A stretch of DNA of 64,000 nt from Bacteroidales bacterium (GTDB lineage: Bacteria; Bacteroidota; Bacteroidia; Bacteroidales; WCHB1-69): NCBI GenBank assembly GCA_016290295.1, contig JAEETJ010000003.1:127048-191047 (forward strand), written 5' to 3'. Positions 26,790-35,123 of the stretch are shown here, one piece after another (position 1 is the first letter of the stretch; every line of letters starts with the position of its first letter). The translations under genes were made by a program, and so were the position numbers. The notes under the pieces were generated by a model. That model ran no database searches, had not been told where the DNA came from, and saw only the letters and a program-made list of their open reading frames with translations.

Positions 26790-27047
26790 TTATTTTAAGG
26801 GTTCGATTGTATTTAGTTTGTCACCTTTCTTAGCTTTTTCCCAATTTATGAGCAGTTCTTCTTTGTGGAGGTCAAGCCATTCAAAAATAAATTTCAATTC
26901 TTTCCGTGGCATTTTTCCTTTTATAACACCGTTCATAATATCTACTGATACTTTGTAGTCCCCATACCAAGCATGAAAATGAGCTGGATTATGATCGTTA
27001 AAGTTCATGAAGATGTATATCCCATAGAAGTAACTAATTTGTGGCAT
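26790..27047 (-). CDS. DUF4160 domain protein
   Basis: 85 aa. MPQISYFYGIYIFMNFNDHNPAHFHAWYGDYK matches the DUF4160 pattern. Its stop lies 7 nt upstream of the DUF2442 start. Confidence 0.85.
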   Translation of the reverse strand: MPQISYFYGIYIFMNFNDHNPAHFHAWYGDYKVSVDIMNGVIKGKMPRKELKFIFEWLDLHKEELLINWEKAKKGDKLNTIEPLK

Positions 27048-27079
27048 AGTTGAATTTTCTGTTGTTTGTTTTTACGCTG

Positions 27080-27087
27080 CAAAGATA
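27080..27087 (-). promoter_or_regulatory. -7 promoter box (TATCTTTG)
   Basis: Plus strand reads CAAAGATA, 33 nt upstream of ATG 27047. Confidence 0.55.
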
Positions 27088-27138
27088 CGAAAAAATTTTA
27101 TTCAAATATATAAAATATTAACTTTTATATATGTCTTT

Positions 27139-28014
27139 TTATTCTTTATCTTCGTCTGGGTACGTTGATTTAATGCGCCATAGTCCAGCATCTATTCCTC
27201 CATTTACATACTTCCAGTACTTCTTGGGCAAAGGGGCGTAGTCGGTATATTGTATGGGCTGGAACACTCCTTTTTTGAGTAAAACCCAGCGTTTGAATAA
27301 TACCGCTTTTTTGTCTATGATTTTTACAGGCTCGCCCAAAAATCGTTCATAAAGGAAGAATTCCGGAGTGACCATGGGCATGTAGATGTCAAAAATATTG
27401 GAGGAGGAATTCTTCGCCACAATGTTATTCTGTACAGAAAATCTTGGAATGTCGGCGTCTCTGGAGTTTGTGAAAACATTCACTCTGAAATAGCAGATGG
27501 ATTTCGCAGGCTTTGGGATGATTAGGAGAGTGTCATCCGTATAAAATGCCCTGATATTGGTGTCGTTTGGAATATAGTTCAATTTTATGTACTCCCATTC
27601 TGCGGTATCAGGTTCTAAGTATAGTGTGACATTGAATATTAACCAATTTCTAAGTAATAAATTTTTATAGTTCGGTTTGGGGATGTGGAAACGGAAAATT
27701 AGATTGTCGCTGTCATCAGAGGATTCCTCGATTTTGCATTCTTTCTCGGGGTAAAGAGAAGTGTCAGAGAATAGATAATAAGCCTCCTTCTTGTAGGTGT
27801 AGTATTGGCCGAAACTTTGAAGATTGTTAGGGAGGAGGCGTGGACATATATCGCAAGGTTCCACAAAAAACTGGTAGGTGTTGTCGGGCAGAAGTTTGAG
27901 TGTTAACTCTCCGCGCTGATAGACAATCGTATCGTTCGATTTCTGGGCTGCTACGCTTCCTGCTGTGAATATTAACAGGAGCAGATAAATAGAAATGTGA
28001 TGAAGTGTGTTCAT
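27139..28014 (-). CDS. hypothetical secreted protein (291 aa)
   Basis: Signal peptide (ISIYLLLLIFTAGSVAAQ). Its start overlaps the upstream stop in ATGA (28011..28014). No recognisable motif. Confidence 0.6.
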   Translation of the reverse strand: MNTLHHISIYLLLLIFTAGSVAAQKSNDTIVYQRGELTLKLLPDNTYQFFVEPCDICPRLLPNNLQSFGQYYTYKKEAYYLFSDTSLYPEKECKIEESSDDSDNLIFRFHIPKPNYKNLLLRNWLIFNVTLYLEPDTAEWEYIKLNYIPNDTNIRAFYTDDTLLIIPKPAKSICYFRVNVFTNSRDADIPRFSVQNNIVAKNSSSNIFDIYMPMVTPEFFLYERFLGEPVKIIDKKAVLFKRWVLLKKGVFQPIQYTDYAPLPKKYWKYVNGGIDAGLWRIKSTYPDEDKE

Positions 28015-28769
28015 AGCTTTCCGAAATAATACTGTTCTTTCCCGACGCTGGCTTTGCCGTACTGGATGGCGTTTTTGGGGCAGTGGTGGAAGCAGGCGTC
28101 ACAGTTGGTGCAATTGCCGTGCCATTTCGGGCGACCGTCTTCCAAACTGATGTTCTGCAGCGGGCACACGCTCACGCACTTGCCGCAGGAAATGCATGCA
28201 TCGGTGCTGCGGAAGGGTTCGTCGGAGACCCATTTATGGAATGATTTACCGATGACATTGGTCTTGAAGCGCGGGAATATACCTCGCCGCATTTCCGTCA
28301 CGGACTTACAAGCTTTAATATTTTGGATAACCTCTGGCAGATGCGCCTGAGCTCTTGCAATCTTACGCTTCGCCTTCTCAGGTTTGTCGGTGCTCATGCC
28401 TGCCATGTTGACATAGGTGTTGGGCATCACGAAACAGTAGTCGGCATGCAGAGGTAATCCTGTTTTTGCAAGTTGCTCAGCGAAAACCTTTTCCGCTACT
28501 CCGCCGTTGTCGCCACAGGAGACGGCCATCCATACATAGTTGGGCGCTTTCGTGAATTTTAGTTTCTGCACGAAATCCATCACGAGTTGCGGGGGACACC
28601 AGGAGTAGATGGGGAAGACGAAGCCCACTCGTTCGTACTCCGCAAGGGTATAGTCGAAACGCCCTTCGCGCTCGGCTTCCGGGATGAAAACGAGCTGCTC
28701 GTCAAGGGCTTGTGCGATGCTTTCTGCAATAAAGCGGCTGTTGCCGCAAGCTGAAAAGTAGAAGATCAT
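28011..28769 (-). CDS. EFR1-type ferredoxin (flavodoxin-like domain + 2x[4Fe-4S])
   Basis: MIFYFSACGNSRFIAE N-terminus; CISCGKCVSVCP and CTNCDACFHHCP clusters. Start trimmed to ATG 28769 because the TATATTTG box at 28789 lies inside the longer ORF. Confidence 0.8.
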   Translation of the reverse strand: MIFYFSACGNSRFIAESIAQALDEQLVFIPEAEREGRFDYTLAEYERVGFVFPIYSWCPPQLVMDFVQKLKFTKAPNYVWMAVSCGDNGGVAEKVFAEQLAKTGLPLHADYCFVMPNTYVNMAGMSTDKPEKAKRKIARAQAHLPEVIQNIKACKSVTEMRRGIFPRFKTNVIGKSFHKWVSDEPFRSTDACISCGKCVSVCPLQNISLEDGRPKWHGNCTNCDACFHHCPKNAIQYGKASVGKEQYYFGKL

Positions 28770-28788
28770 AATGTGTCTTTTTTGAGGG

Positions 28789-28796
28789 CAAATATA
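28789..28796 (-). promoter_or_regulatory. -7 promoter box (TATATTTG)
   Basis: Plus strand reads CAAATATA, 20 nt upstream of ATG 28769. Confidence 0.55.
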
Positions 28797-28832
28797 CAAA
28801 AATTAAAGAATAAAAATGCTGATGGTTTCTCA

Positions 28833-29969
28833 TCAGAACCATCCCAGATCAATGCCTACAAAGTTGCCATTAAGGTCAAAGGTGTATGCTACTTGACTTG
28901 CGCAATATATGTCTTCAGGTTTAAACTTGATATAGATGACATAGTGTCTTTTCACGACTTCCAGTGAAATGATTTTTCCGTTTATTGCGAAATCCTGTCC
29001 GCGACGGGACATGTCTTCATGAATGTAGGTTAGCATTTGCTTGATGTGTGGTACGGACTGCAAAGATTCGACAGGAAGATTCCCCCAATAGAGCTCCTTA
29101 GCCCCGGTAAACATCCATTTTCCATTAGCGTGGTATCCTCGTTGAATACTGTCAGTGAAAATAGCGTAATAATAACGTCCTTTGTATAGTGATTGTTCAT
29201 AAATCAAAGTGGTGTCTTGTGGATTTGTTACTAAATTCTTTATCTTTTGTGGGAGTTTTGAATAGGGTATTATTTTTTCATGACGCCACCTGCCATTCAG
29301 GAAAACACATTGGTTTCCAAGTCCATGAGGTTCTTTGTTGCGGCCTTTTACAACAAATATCGTTGGCCCGTTGATGTAATATTCTTGAATCTGACCTTTG
29401 CTTAGATTGAGTGTGGCAACCCAGTAAGTGTCGTCTCCGTCACACTGGGCGTGAAACATCCTGTCAAGGCATGTTCCATTGTCTGGAATTGTAAAGTTGA
29501 TTAGAACACAGGTGTCGCCTTTTGTCGTCAGATAGAAAACATACTGTCGAATATATTGGTAAAAGTGAGGGGCAGTGAGTGCCCGTTGAATATATTGGGC
29601 TTTATCGGCCAGTAAATCCAATTCTTTGGCTAAAAGGTTTTCCGCACGTTGTACCTCTGTAAGACCGACAAGGATGGGCGTGCCATTTTTGTCTCTAATA
29701 TAAGCATTAAAACGGTCGTGAGAATCACGTACTTTTAGCAAGTATCCGACTGTTGCAGTGTTATTCCGACATTCATAAAAAGTGATGTTGGTGTCGATAT
29801 AAGAGCATAAGTGTCGCTGAAAAGCATTTTGGAATTGCGTGCTGTCATGTCTCACCAAGGATATTTCAGTGACTTGTACGGGTCTCAGATGCTCAAGTTC
29901 TTGGGCGATGGAGCTGTTCAACATAACAACTCCAATAAGCATAATCGTCACAAGGATGTTTCTATTCAT
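28833..29969 (-). CDS. hypothetical secreted protein (378 aa)
   Basis: Signal peptide (ILVTIMLIGVVMLNSSIAQ) and -7 box at 29990. No recognisable motif. Confidence 0.6.
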   Translation of the reverse strand: MNRNILVTIMLIGVVMLNSSIAQELEHLRPVQVTEISLVRHDSTQFQNAFQRHLCSYIDTNITFYECRNNTATVGYLLKVRDSHDRFNAYIRDKNGTPILVGLTEVQRAENLLAKELDLLADKAQYIQRALTAPHFYQYIRQYVFYLTTKGDTCVLINFTIPDNGTCLDRMFHAQCDGDDTYWVATLNLSKGQIQEYYINGPTIFVVKGRNKEPHGLGNQCVFLNGRWRHEKIIPYSKLPQKIKNLVTNPQDTTLIYEQSLYKGRYYYAIFTDSIQRGYHANGKWMFTGAKELYWGNLPVESLQSVPHIKQMLTYIHEDMSRRGQDFAINGKIISLEVVKRHYVIYIKFKPEDIYCASQVAYTFDLNGNFVGIDLGWF

Positions 29970-29989
29970 ACTGGGATTGTTTCAGTCTG

Positions 29990-29997
29990 CAAAGATA
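29990..29997 (-). promoter_or_regulatory. -7 promoter box (TATCTTTG)
   Basis: Plus strand reads CAAAGATA, 21 nt upstream of ATG 29969. Confidence 0.55.
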
Positions 29998-30130
29998 GAA
30001 AAAATACAATTCAATAGGATATTTTGCCTGCTTAGATTATGAAAAGCCGCACAGCAATGAAATTCTCCGTTGCTGTGCGGCTTTTAGTGGTAAACATAGA
30101 GTCGGGTGGGGAAGCGGAATCCCCATTCAG

Positions 30131-31516
30131 TTAGCTCTCTTTATACCATTTCACTTTTTGCGATGCATACATCAGGGCGGAGAGGATGATGAAGATGCCG
30201 ATGCTGCCGACAAGCAGAGTGTAGGTCTCTAACTGTAGAAGCACGTACATGAAAACATAGAGCGAGAGCAACATTAATCCAATCATGATTGCGGTTTTGC
30301 GGATTTTTAAGATGCCTGCCAAATAGCCTGTAATCAGCACGATAGTCATCAACATGGCAATGAGGTATGACCAAAGGAAGGGAATGTGTTCGCTAAAGGA
30401 AAGCAGTAAGGTGTAAAATACCAGCAGGGCGATTCCGATCAGCAGATATTGCACGGGATGGATGGGCGTTTGACGGCGGTATTCCACAAAAAATACTGTG
30501 GCAAAGGTGAGAAAGATGAACAGATAAGCGTATTTGACACTGCGAGTGGTCTGCTGGTACTGCAAAACGGGGACTTTCATGGTGACACCGAACTCGTTCT
30601 CGCTCATGTTTACACAACGAGGATCGTTGCTGTATTCGTTCCATCTTGTGACCATCTGCGAGAAGTCGCGGTTGATGGACAATATTTTCCATGTCGCCGT
30701 GAATCCTTTGTCGGTTACTGTTTGGGTGAGGGGCAGAAAATTGCCTTGAAAGCTTGGCGACGTGCAGTCGGAAGTCAGTTGTACTTCCGTACTGTTGCCT
30801 AATGGCAGGAACATCAGCGATTCGGATCCTTTTATCGGTATTTTTAACGAATAGTTTACCTGCTGTCCGTCATGCATATTAAACAGCGGGATGCGGCAAC
30901 ACAGTACAGAGCCCATTTCCTCATCCTTGTTGGATTTCATTGCATAGTTTTTGTCGTCAAGTTTGAGGGTGATGTTTTCCGTCAGCCCGCGAAAATCATT
31001 CAGCGCGATCAACATTTCCGCTTTAGAAATATCATAAGCAGAATCTACAAAGGCGGACAGATTGGGCATAATAAAGTTGCCGTTGATGTCCAGGCTTGCT
31101 TTGTAAACCGTCACATCAAAGATTCCTCGATGACGCGTCTCTGTCTTTACATCGCCTTTCACTTGCAACGCTTCGGGAAGCAGATAGACATCTTTGTTGT
31201 TGCTGCTTCTGGCAGGAATTCGGATTACAGGTCCAGTGATGCGTTGGGGTTTGCTCCAGAGTTGACTGACCTCCCTTTCGGCTTCTGAAGAGGTCTCGTA
31301 TCGCTCGCTGATCAGTTTCATAATGAATTGCTGTGGAATCAGTAGGAGGAGGCTCAACAGGCCAATAATAAGGAGTTTCAGCAGCAAGCGGTCGCTGCGA
31401 TTCGGTTTAGGCTCATTTTTCATTTTTGATTTGTTTTGAAAATTTGATTCGTTTTGCATTTCTGCGCTTCTTTGTTCTTCTTGCGGTACTATTGCCGCGT
31501 TTTCCATTGCTGTCAT
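30131..31516 (-). CDS. creD: cell envelope integrity protein CreD
   Basis: 461 aa. N-terminal TM followed by ISERYETSSEAEREVSQLWSKPQRITGPVIRIP; C-terminal multi-TM block starting VKYAYLFIFLTFATVFFVE. Confidence 0.8.
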   Translation of the reverse strand: MTAMENAAIVPQEEQRSAEMQNESNFQNKSKMKNEPKPNRSDRLLLKLLIIGLLSLLLLIPQQFIMKLISERYETSSEAEREVSQLWSKPQRITGPVIRIPARSSNNKDVYLLPEALQVKGDVKTETRHRGIFDVTVYKASLDINGNFIMPNLSAFVDSAYDISKAEMLIALNDFRGLTENITLKLDDKNYAMKSNKDEEMGSVLCCRIPLFNMHDGQQVNYSLKIPIKGSESLMFLPLGNSTEVQLTSDCTSPSFQGNFLPLTQTVTDKGFTATWKILSINRDFSQMVTRWNEYSNDPRCVNMSENEFGVTMKVPVLQYQQTTRSVKYAYLFIFLTFATVFFVEYRRQTPIHPVQYLLIGIALLVFYTLLLSFSEHIPFLWSYLIAMLMTIVLITGYLAGILKIRKTAIMIGLMLLSLYVFMYVLLQLETYTLLVGSIGIFIILSALMYASQKVKWYKES

Positions 31517-31686
31517 AATTGTTTATTTTGTGGGTTATATGGTTTGCTGTGTCCCCATACTGCGCTATGCTTGTATGGGGTTATTGAGATGTCGCCTCTT
31601 CGAGGCTGCTGCAGGAATATGATATCTCTAATTATCATTATAAATTAAAAGTACTTTGAAATACAAAGTTTAAAGGGCAAAAAAAT

Positions 31687-31986
31687 TTAGCTTTTACATT
31701 CTTTCAAAAAATTTTCAAGGGCGTTGATGTGCGCGGCGAAAGCTTCACGGCCAGCTTGGGTGGCGAAGTAGGTGGTGTTCGGTTTGCGTCCCACGAACTT
31801 TTTCTCGCAACGGATGTAGCCAGCCTCTTCCAGACTGCGTGTATGGCTCGCCAAGTTGCCGTCGGTAAGCTCCAGCAGCGACTTCAGCGTGGCAAAATCC
31901 GCAGATTCATTGGCCACCAGTACCGACATGATGCCCAAGCGGATTTTGCTTTCAAATATCTTGTTCAAACCTTCAAGAATAGCCAT
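31687..31986 (-). CDS. winged-helix transcriptional regulator (HTH_34-like)
   Basis: 99 aa. RLGIMSVL......DFATLKSLLELTDGNLASHTRSLEEAGYI...K.FVGRKP.T.Y..T..G. Its start is 3 nt after the upstream stop. Confidence 0.8.
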   Translation of the reverse strand: MAILEGLNKIFESKIRLGIMSVLVANESADFATLKSLLELTDGNLASHTRSLEEAGYIRCEKKFVGRKPNTTYFATQAGREAFAAHINALENFLKECKS

Positions 31987-31988
31987 GA

Positions 31989-32633
31989 TTACGCTTTTTT
32001 ACGATCAAATAGAATCACGTAGATGATGCCGAAGATAATGTGCAGCACGCTGAATCCGAGGAACCAGCAGAGCAGGGCGTGAGAAACTATGAAGCAGTCG
32101 ATGAGGCCAAGAAGAAGTTCCGCGTAGCCCAAGTAACGGAGGATAGGGTAGGTGTAGTGACTGCAGTTGATCAGGGCAAGTCCATAGAAAATCAGCATGA
32201 TGGATGAGGTCAGTCCGTAATGGTGTTGCATGACCATAGCTATGCTGAGCACACCACCGGCAACCAATGGAATGAAAAAGTCGAGGAGCATTTGGCCCGT
32301 ACGTTTGTCAAGGACAAATCGCAACTGATTTTTTTTCGACTTGATAGTGGCAAAAATGAATACTGTTAGCAAGGAGACGACGAAAAGAACCATGCCAATT
32401 AATGCGATATAACGGGTGCGTGTGGTTGTGTCTAAGATGGCGCATTGTTGCAATTTTTCGGAGCAGGGAAAGCAATTTTCCACTCCTAAGACAACGGCAG
32501 ATATCAGTGTCGCTACTGCTGCCAACAAGCCCACAACTATGATGGAATATCCGCTAATTGATTGAAAACGTGAAGATTTGCTCATCATGTCGCGGATGTC
32601 ATTCAAGGTCTGTTTTACTTCTTTTTCTTCCAT
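31989..32633 (-). CDS. hypothetical integral membrane protein (214 aa)
   Basis: Several hydrophobic spans; first gene of the membrane protein - wHTH - creD arrangement; -7 box at 32656. Confidence 0.65.
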   Translation of the reverse strand: MEEKEVKQTLNDIRDMMSKSSRFQSISGYSIIVVGLLAAVATLISAVVLGVENCFPCSEKLQQCAILDTTTRTRYIALIGMVLFVVSLLTVFIFATIKSKKNQLRFVLDKRTGQMLLDFFIPLVAGGVLSIAMVMQHHYGLTSSIMLIFYGLALINCSHYTYPILRYLGYAELLLGLIDCFIVSHALLCWFLGFSVLHIIFGIIYVILFDRKKA

Positions 32634-32655
32634 AATCTAAAAGTACTTTGCACCG

Positions 32656-32663
32656 CAAAGATA
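32656..32663 (-). promoter_or_regulatory. -7 promoter box (TATCTTTG)
   Basis: Plus strand reads CAAAGATA, 23 nt upstream of ATG 32633. Confidence 0.55.
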
Positions 32664-32848
32664 TAAAAATTTTTAATGCAAATCTAATTTTGAAATTTTT
32701 TTCTTGAAAAATTTTTCGGAATTATCCCTTTTGGTCTTGCGTTTTTATCAAATGATCTTATCTTTTCCTTAAACCATACACTTTTAACGTATGAATTAAT
32801 ATTAAACCCTCTTTGAGGGTAATTCGAAAATGTGGAATATCCTGTAAT

Positions 32849-32910
32849 CTATTGATATTGATTCCCCTGATGGGGAAAAAGGGTATCCCGCAGGGATTCA
32901 ATCTCAATAG
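32849..32910. repeat. three-way-junction repeat, copy 2 (inverted relative to copy 1)
   Basis: Closing stem CTATTGATATTGA/TCAATCTCAATAG encloses TTCCCC-TGAT-GGGGAA and ATCCC-GCA-GGGAT. Aligns with the reverse complement of 18650..18702. Confidence 0.75.
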
Positions 32911-32927
32911 AACAAAGCATCACAACA

Positions 32928-32968
32928 CATTTCTTATCCCGTAAGGGATTTAATAATCAATAGAAATG
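32928..32968. repeat. related stem-enclosed hairpin
   Basis: CATTTCT...AGAAATG encloses ATCCC-GTAA-GGGAT and contains a TCAATAG tail like copy 2. Confidence 0.55.
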
Positions 32969-33021
32969 AGAAATGGTGTATATTTCAACAAAACTAAAAG
33001 AGATAATTCCGTATTTATTTG

Positions 33022-33029
33022 TATTTTTG
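33022..33029 (+). promoter_or_regulatory. -7 promoter box (TATTTTTG)
   Basis: 44 nt upstream of ATG 33073. The context TGTATTTTTGTGGTCC is shared with 19380..19395. Confidence 0.6.
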
Positions 33030-33072
33030 TGGTCCGAATTAGGAAACATTTAATTAGTAAAAGCAAATAGTC

Positions 33073-34092
33073 ATGAGAACTCCAATTGTTTATATGCTGG
33101 CTGCTATTTTGCTGTTGCTTTCATGTCGTCAGACACCTAAGCAGGCTTTCCCAGAAGAGAAGGATATTTCCGAGTATGAGCAAACACAATTCTTGCCAAC
33201 TTTGGAACACCGTATTTCTACGGATACTAATTCGGTCTATTGTGCTACGTTGCTATTTGCCTGGGATGAGGTGCGGAATATTATTGGGGCACCTTTGTCT
33301 ATTTCGGAAGAATATCAGGATTTAATCCTGCTAAATGCCTCTACATCTTATCGCAATGTATTGAAAGATAATGAGTATAAGGTGAAAGGGGAGGTTCAGG
33401 GAAATCTCATTACTGCCCGTGCTGAATTTGACAAGTCGCTGCCTTTCCCCTGCGAGTTGCAAAAATTCAATAACAGCCTGACTTTTGACGGACAGATGGT
33501 TGCAGCTTTCGGAGTGGCGGGGTACGAAAGAGACGAGATGACCAATATCGTGGATATCCTTTATTATGAAAATGATGACAATTTTATCATTAAGTTAGTG
33601 CCTACTGATACAGAACACGAAATTATCCTGTTCAAAACAGGGAATGCATATAAAACCATGGCAGAGATGGTTGCCGCATCAGATAGTCTGATACAGATAG
33701 GAAAACAGGAAAGAGGGATGGATGGCACAAGTTGGAAATATCAGTTTGAAGATGATGATATGGTGATAATTCCGGATATGAGTTTCAATATTAGTTCGGA
33801 TTTCAATAAATTGATAAACAATACTTTTACGGCAAAACAGGAATCATATCGTATCATAAAGGCATGGCAAAGGATTGCTTTTTTGTTGAATGAAACTGGA
33901 GCCAAAATAGAAAGTGAGGCGGAATTGGAAATGGCGTTGGATGAGTGTTCGGAATTTGAAGAACCTGTCAGACATGAGCCCAAAAGGATGATTTTTGACA
34001 AGGCATTTTTCCTGATACTTCATCGCTCCGACGCACCGCATCCGTATTGTTGTATGCACTTGGTCAATTCAGAATTAATGGTGAAAGAATAA
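33073..34092 (+). CDS. serpin-like lipoprotein (paralogue 2)
   Basis: 339 aa, clearly homologous to 19414..20466 over its whole length (e.g. YCATLLFAWDEVR, ARAEF(E/D)KSLPF, EMTN(V/I)V(E/D)ILYY). Lipobox LLLSC. C-terminal MIFDKAFFLIL. Confidence 0.55.
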   Translation: MRTPIVYMLAAILLLLSCRQTPKQAFPEEKDISEYEQTQFLPTLEHRISTDTNSVYCATLLFAWDEVRNIIGAPLSISEEYQDLILLNASTSYRNVLKDNEYKVKGEVQGNLITARAEFDKSLPFPCELQKFNNSLTFDGQMVAAFGVAGYERDEMTNIVDILYYENDDNFIIKLVPTDTEHEIILFKTGNAYKTMAEMVAASDSLIQIGKQERGMDGTSWKYQFEDDDMVIIPDMSFNISSDFNKLINNTFTAKQESYRIIKAWQRIAFLLNETGAKIESEAELEMALDECSEFEEPVRHEPKRMIFDKAFFLILHRSDAPHPYCCMHLVNSELMVKE

Positions 34093-34106
34093 AAAGATTT
34101 TATACT

Positions 34107-35081
34107 ATGCTTTGTATATATAACCCCTCTACAGAACCTTATTTCAATTTGGCGGCGGAAGAGTACTTCTTAGATAGCTGCCAAGAAGATGTGTTTATGT
34201 TGTGGCGTAATGAGCCGGCCATCATTGTGGGAAAATTCCAGAATTCCTTGGCGGAAATCAATCTGGACTATGTGCAGGAGAAACATATCAAGGTGGTGCG
34301 CCGCCAGACGGGTGGGGGAGCGGTTTTCCACGATTTGGGCAACCTGAACTTCACCTTTATAGAAAACGATAGCAATGGCAATTTCCAGACCTTCACCGAG
34401 CCGATTCTGAAGGTGCTCAACCAGTTGGGTGTGGACGCTCGCTTTGAGGGTCGCAACGATTTGACTATCAATGGAATGAAGTTTTCTGGCAACGCCCAAT
34501 GTGTGCATCACAACCGTACCTTGCATCATGGCACGCTGTTGTTCGCTTCCGAGATGACCAATTTGTCACAGGCTTTGAAGGTGAACCCCTTGAAGTTTCA
34601 GGACAAGGCGGTGAAGTCCGTGCGGAAAAGGGTGACGAATATCAGCGAGCACCTGCCGGACAAGAGTTTTACCGTTATGGATCTGAAAGATGCCATTATG
34701 CAATATGTGAAATCCACGAACGCTAATGCGGTAAATTATGAGCTGACAGACAACGACAAGGCCAACATTCAGCGTTTGGTGGAGGAGAAATATTCCACGT
34801 GGGAGTGGAATTTCGGCAGCTCGCCCCGCTATACCTTCCAGAAAGCCATCAAGACCAAGGGCGGAATGATAGAGTTGTATTTGTTGCTGGACAAAGGATG
34901 TATCAAGGAAATCAAAATCTATGGGGATTTTTTTGCTTTGAAGGATATCCATGAGTTGGAACAGCGACTGACAGGCGTGCAGCACAATAAGGAGCAGCTG
35001 GCTGCCGTTATAGCAGAAGTGGGGCTATCGGATTATATTCGCCAGGTTGAAGAGGAAGAATTTTTGCAATTGTTTTTCTGA
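34107..35081 (+). CDS. lplA: lipoate-protein ligase A
   Basis: RRQTGGGAVFHDLGN and NGMKFSGNAQ motifs. Start trimmed to ATG 34107 (MLCIYNPSTEPYFNLAAEEY) to avoid overlap with the upstream gene. Confidence 0.9.
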   Translation: MLCIYNPSTEPYFNLAAEEYFLDSCQEDVFMLWRNEPAIIVGKFQNSLAEINLDYVQEKHIKVVRRQTGGGAVFHDLGNLNFTFIENDSNGNFQTFTEPILKVLNQLGVDARFEGRNDLTINGMKFSGNAQCVHHNRTLHHGTLLFASEMTNLSQALKVNPLKFQDKAVKSVRKRVTNISEHLPDKSFTVMDLKDAIMQYVKSTNANAVNYELTDNDKANIQRLVEEKYSTWEWNFGSSPRYTFQKAIKTKGGMIELYLLLDKGCIKEIKIYGDFFALKDIHELEQRLTGVQHNKEQLAAVIAEVGLSDYIRQVEEEEFLQLFF

Positions 35082-35096
35082 TAATGATAAAAAAGC

Positions 35097-35104
35097 TATC
35101 TTTG
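35097..35104 (+). promoter_or_regulatory. -7 promoter box (TATCTTTG)
   Basis: Exact TAnnTTTG, 20 nt upstream of ATG 35124. Confidence 0.55.
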
Positions 35105-35123
35105 CACTTCAAAAACTAAAATC

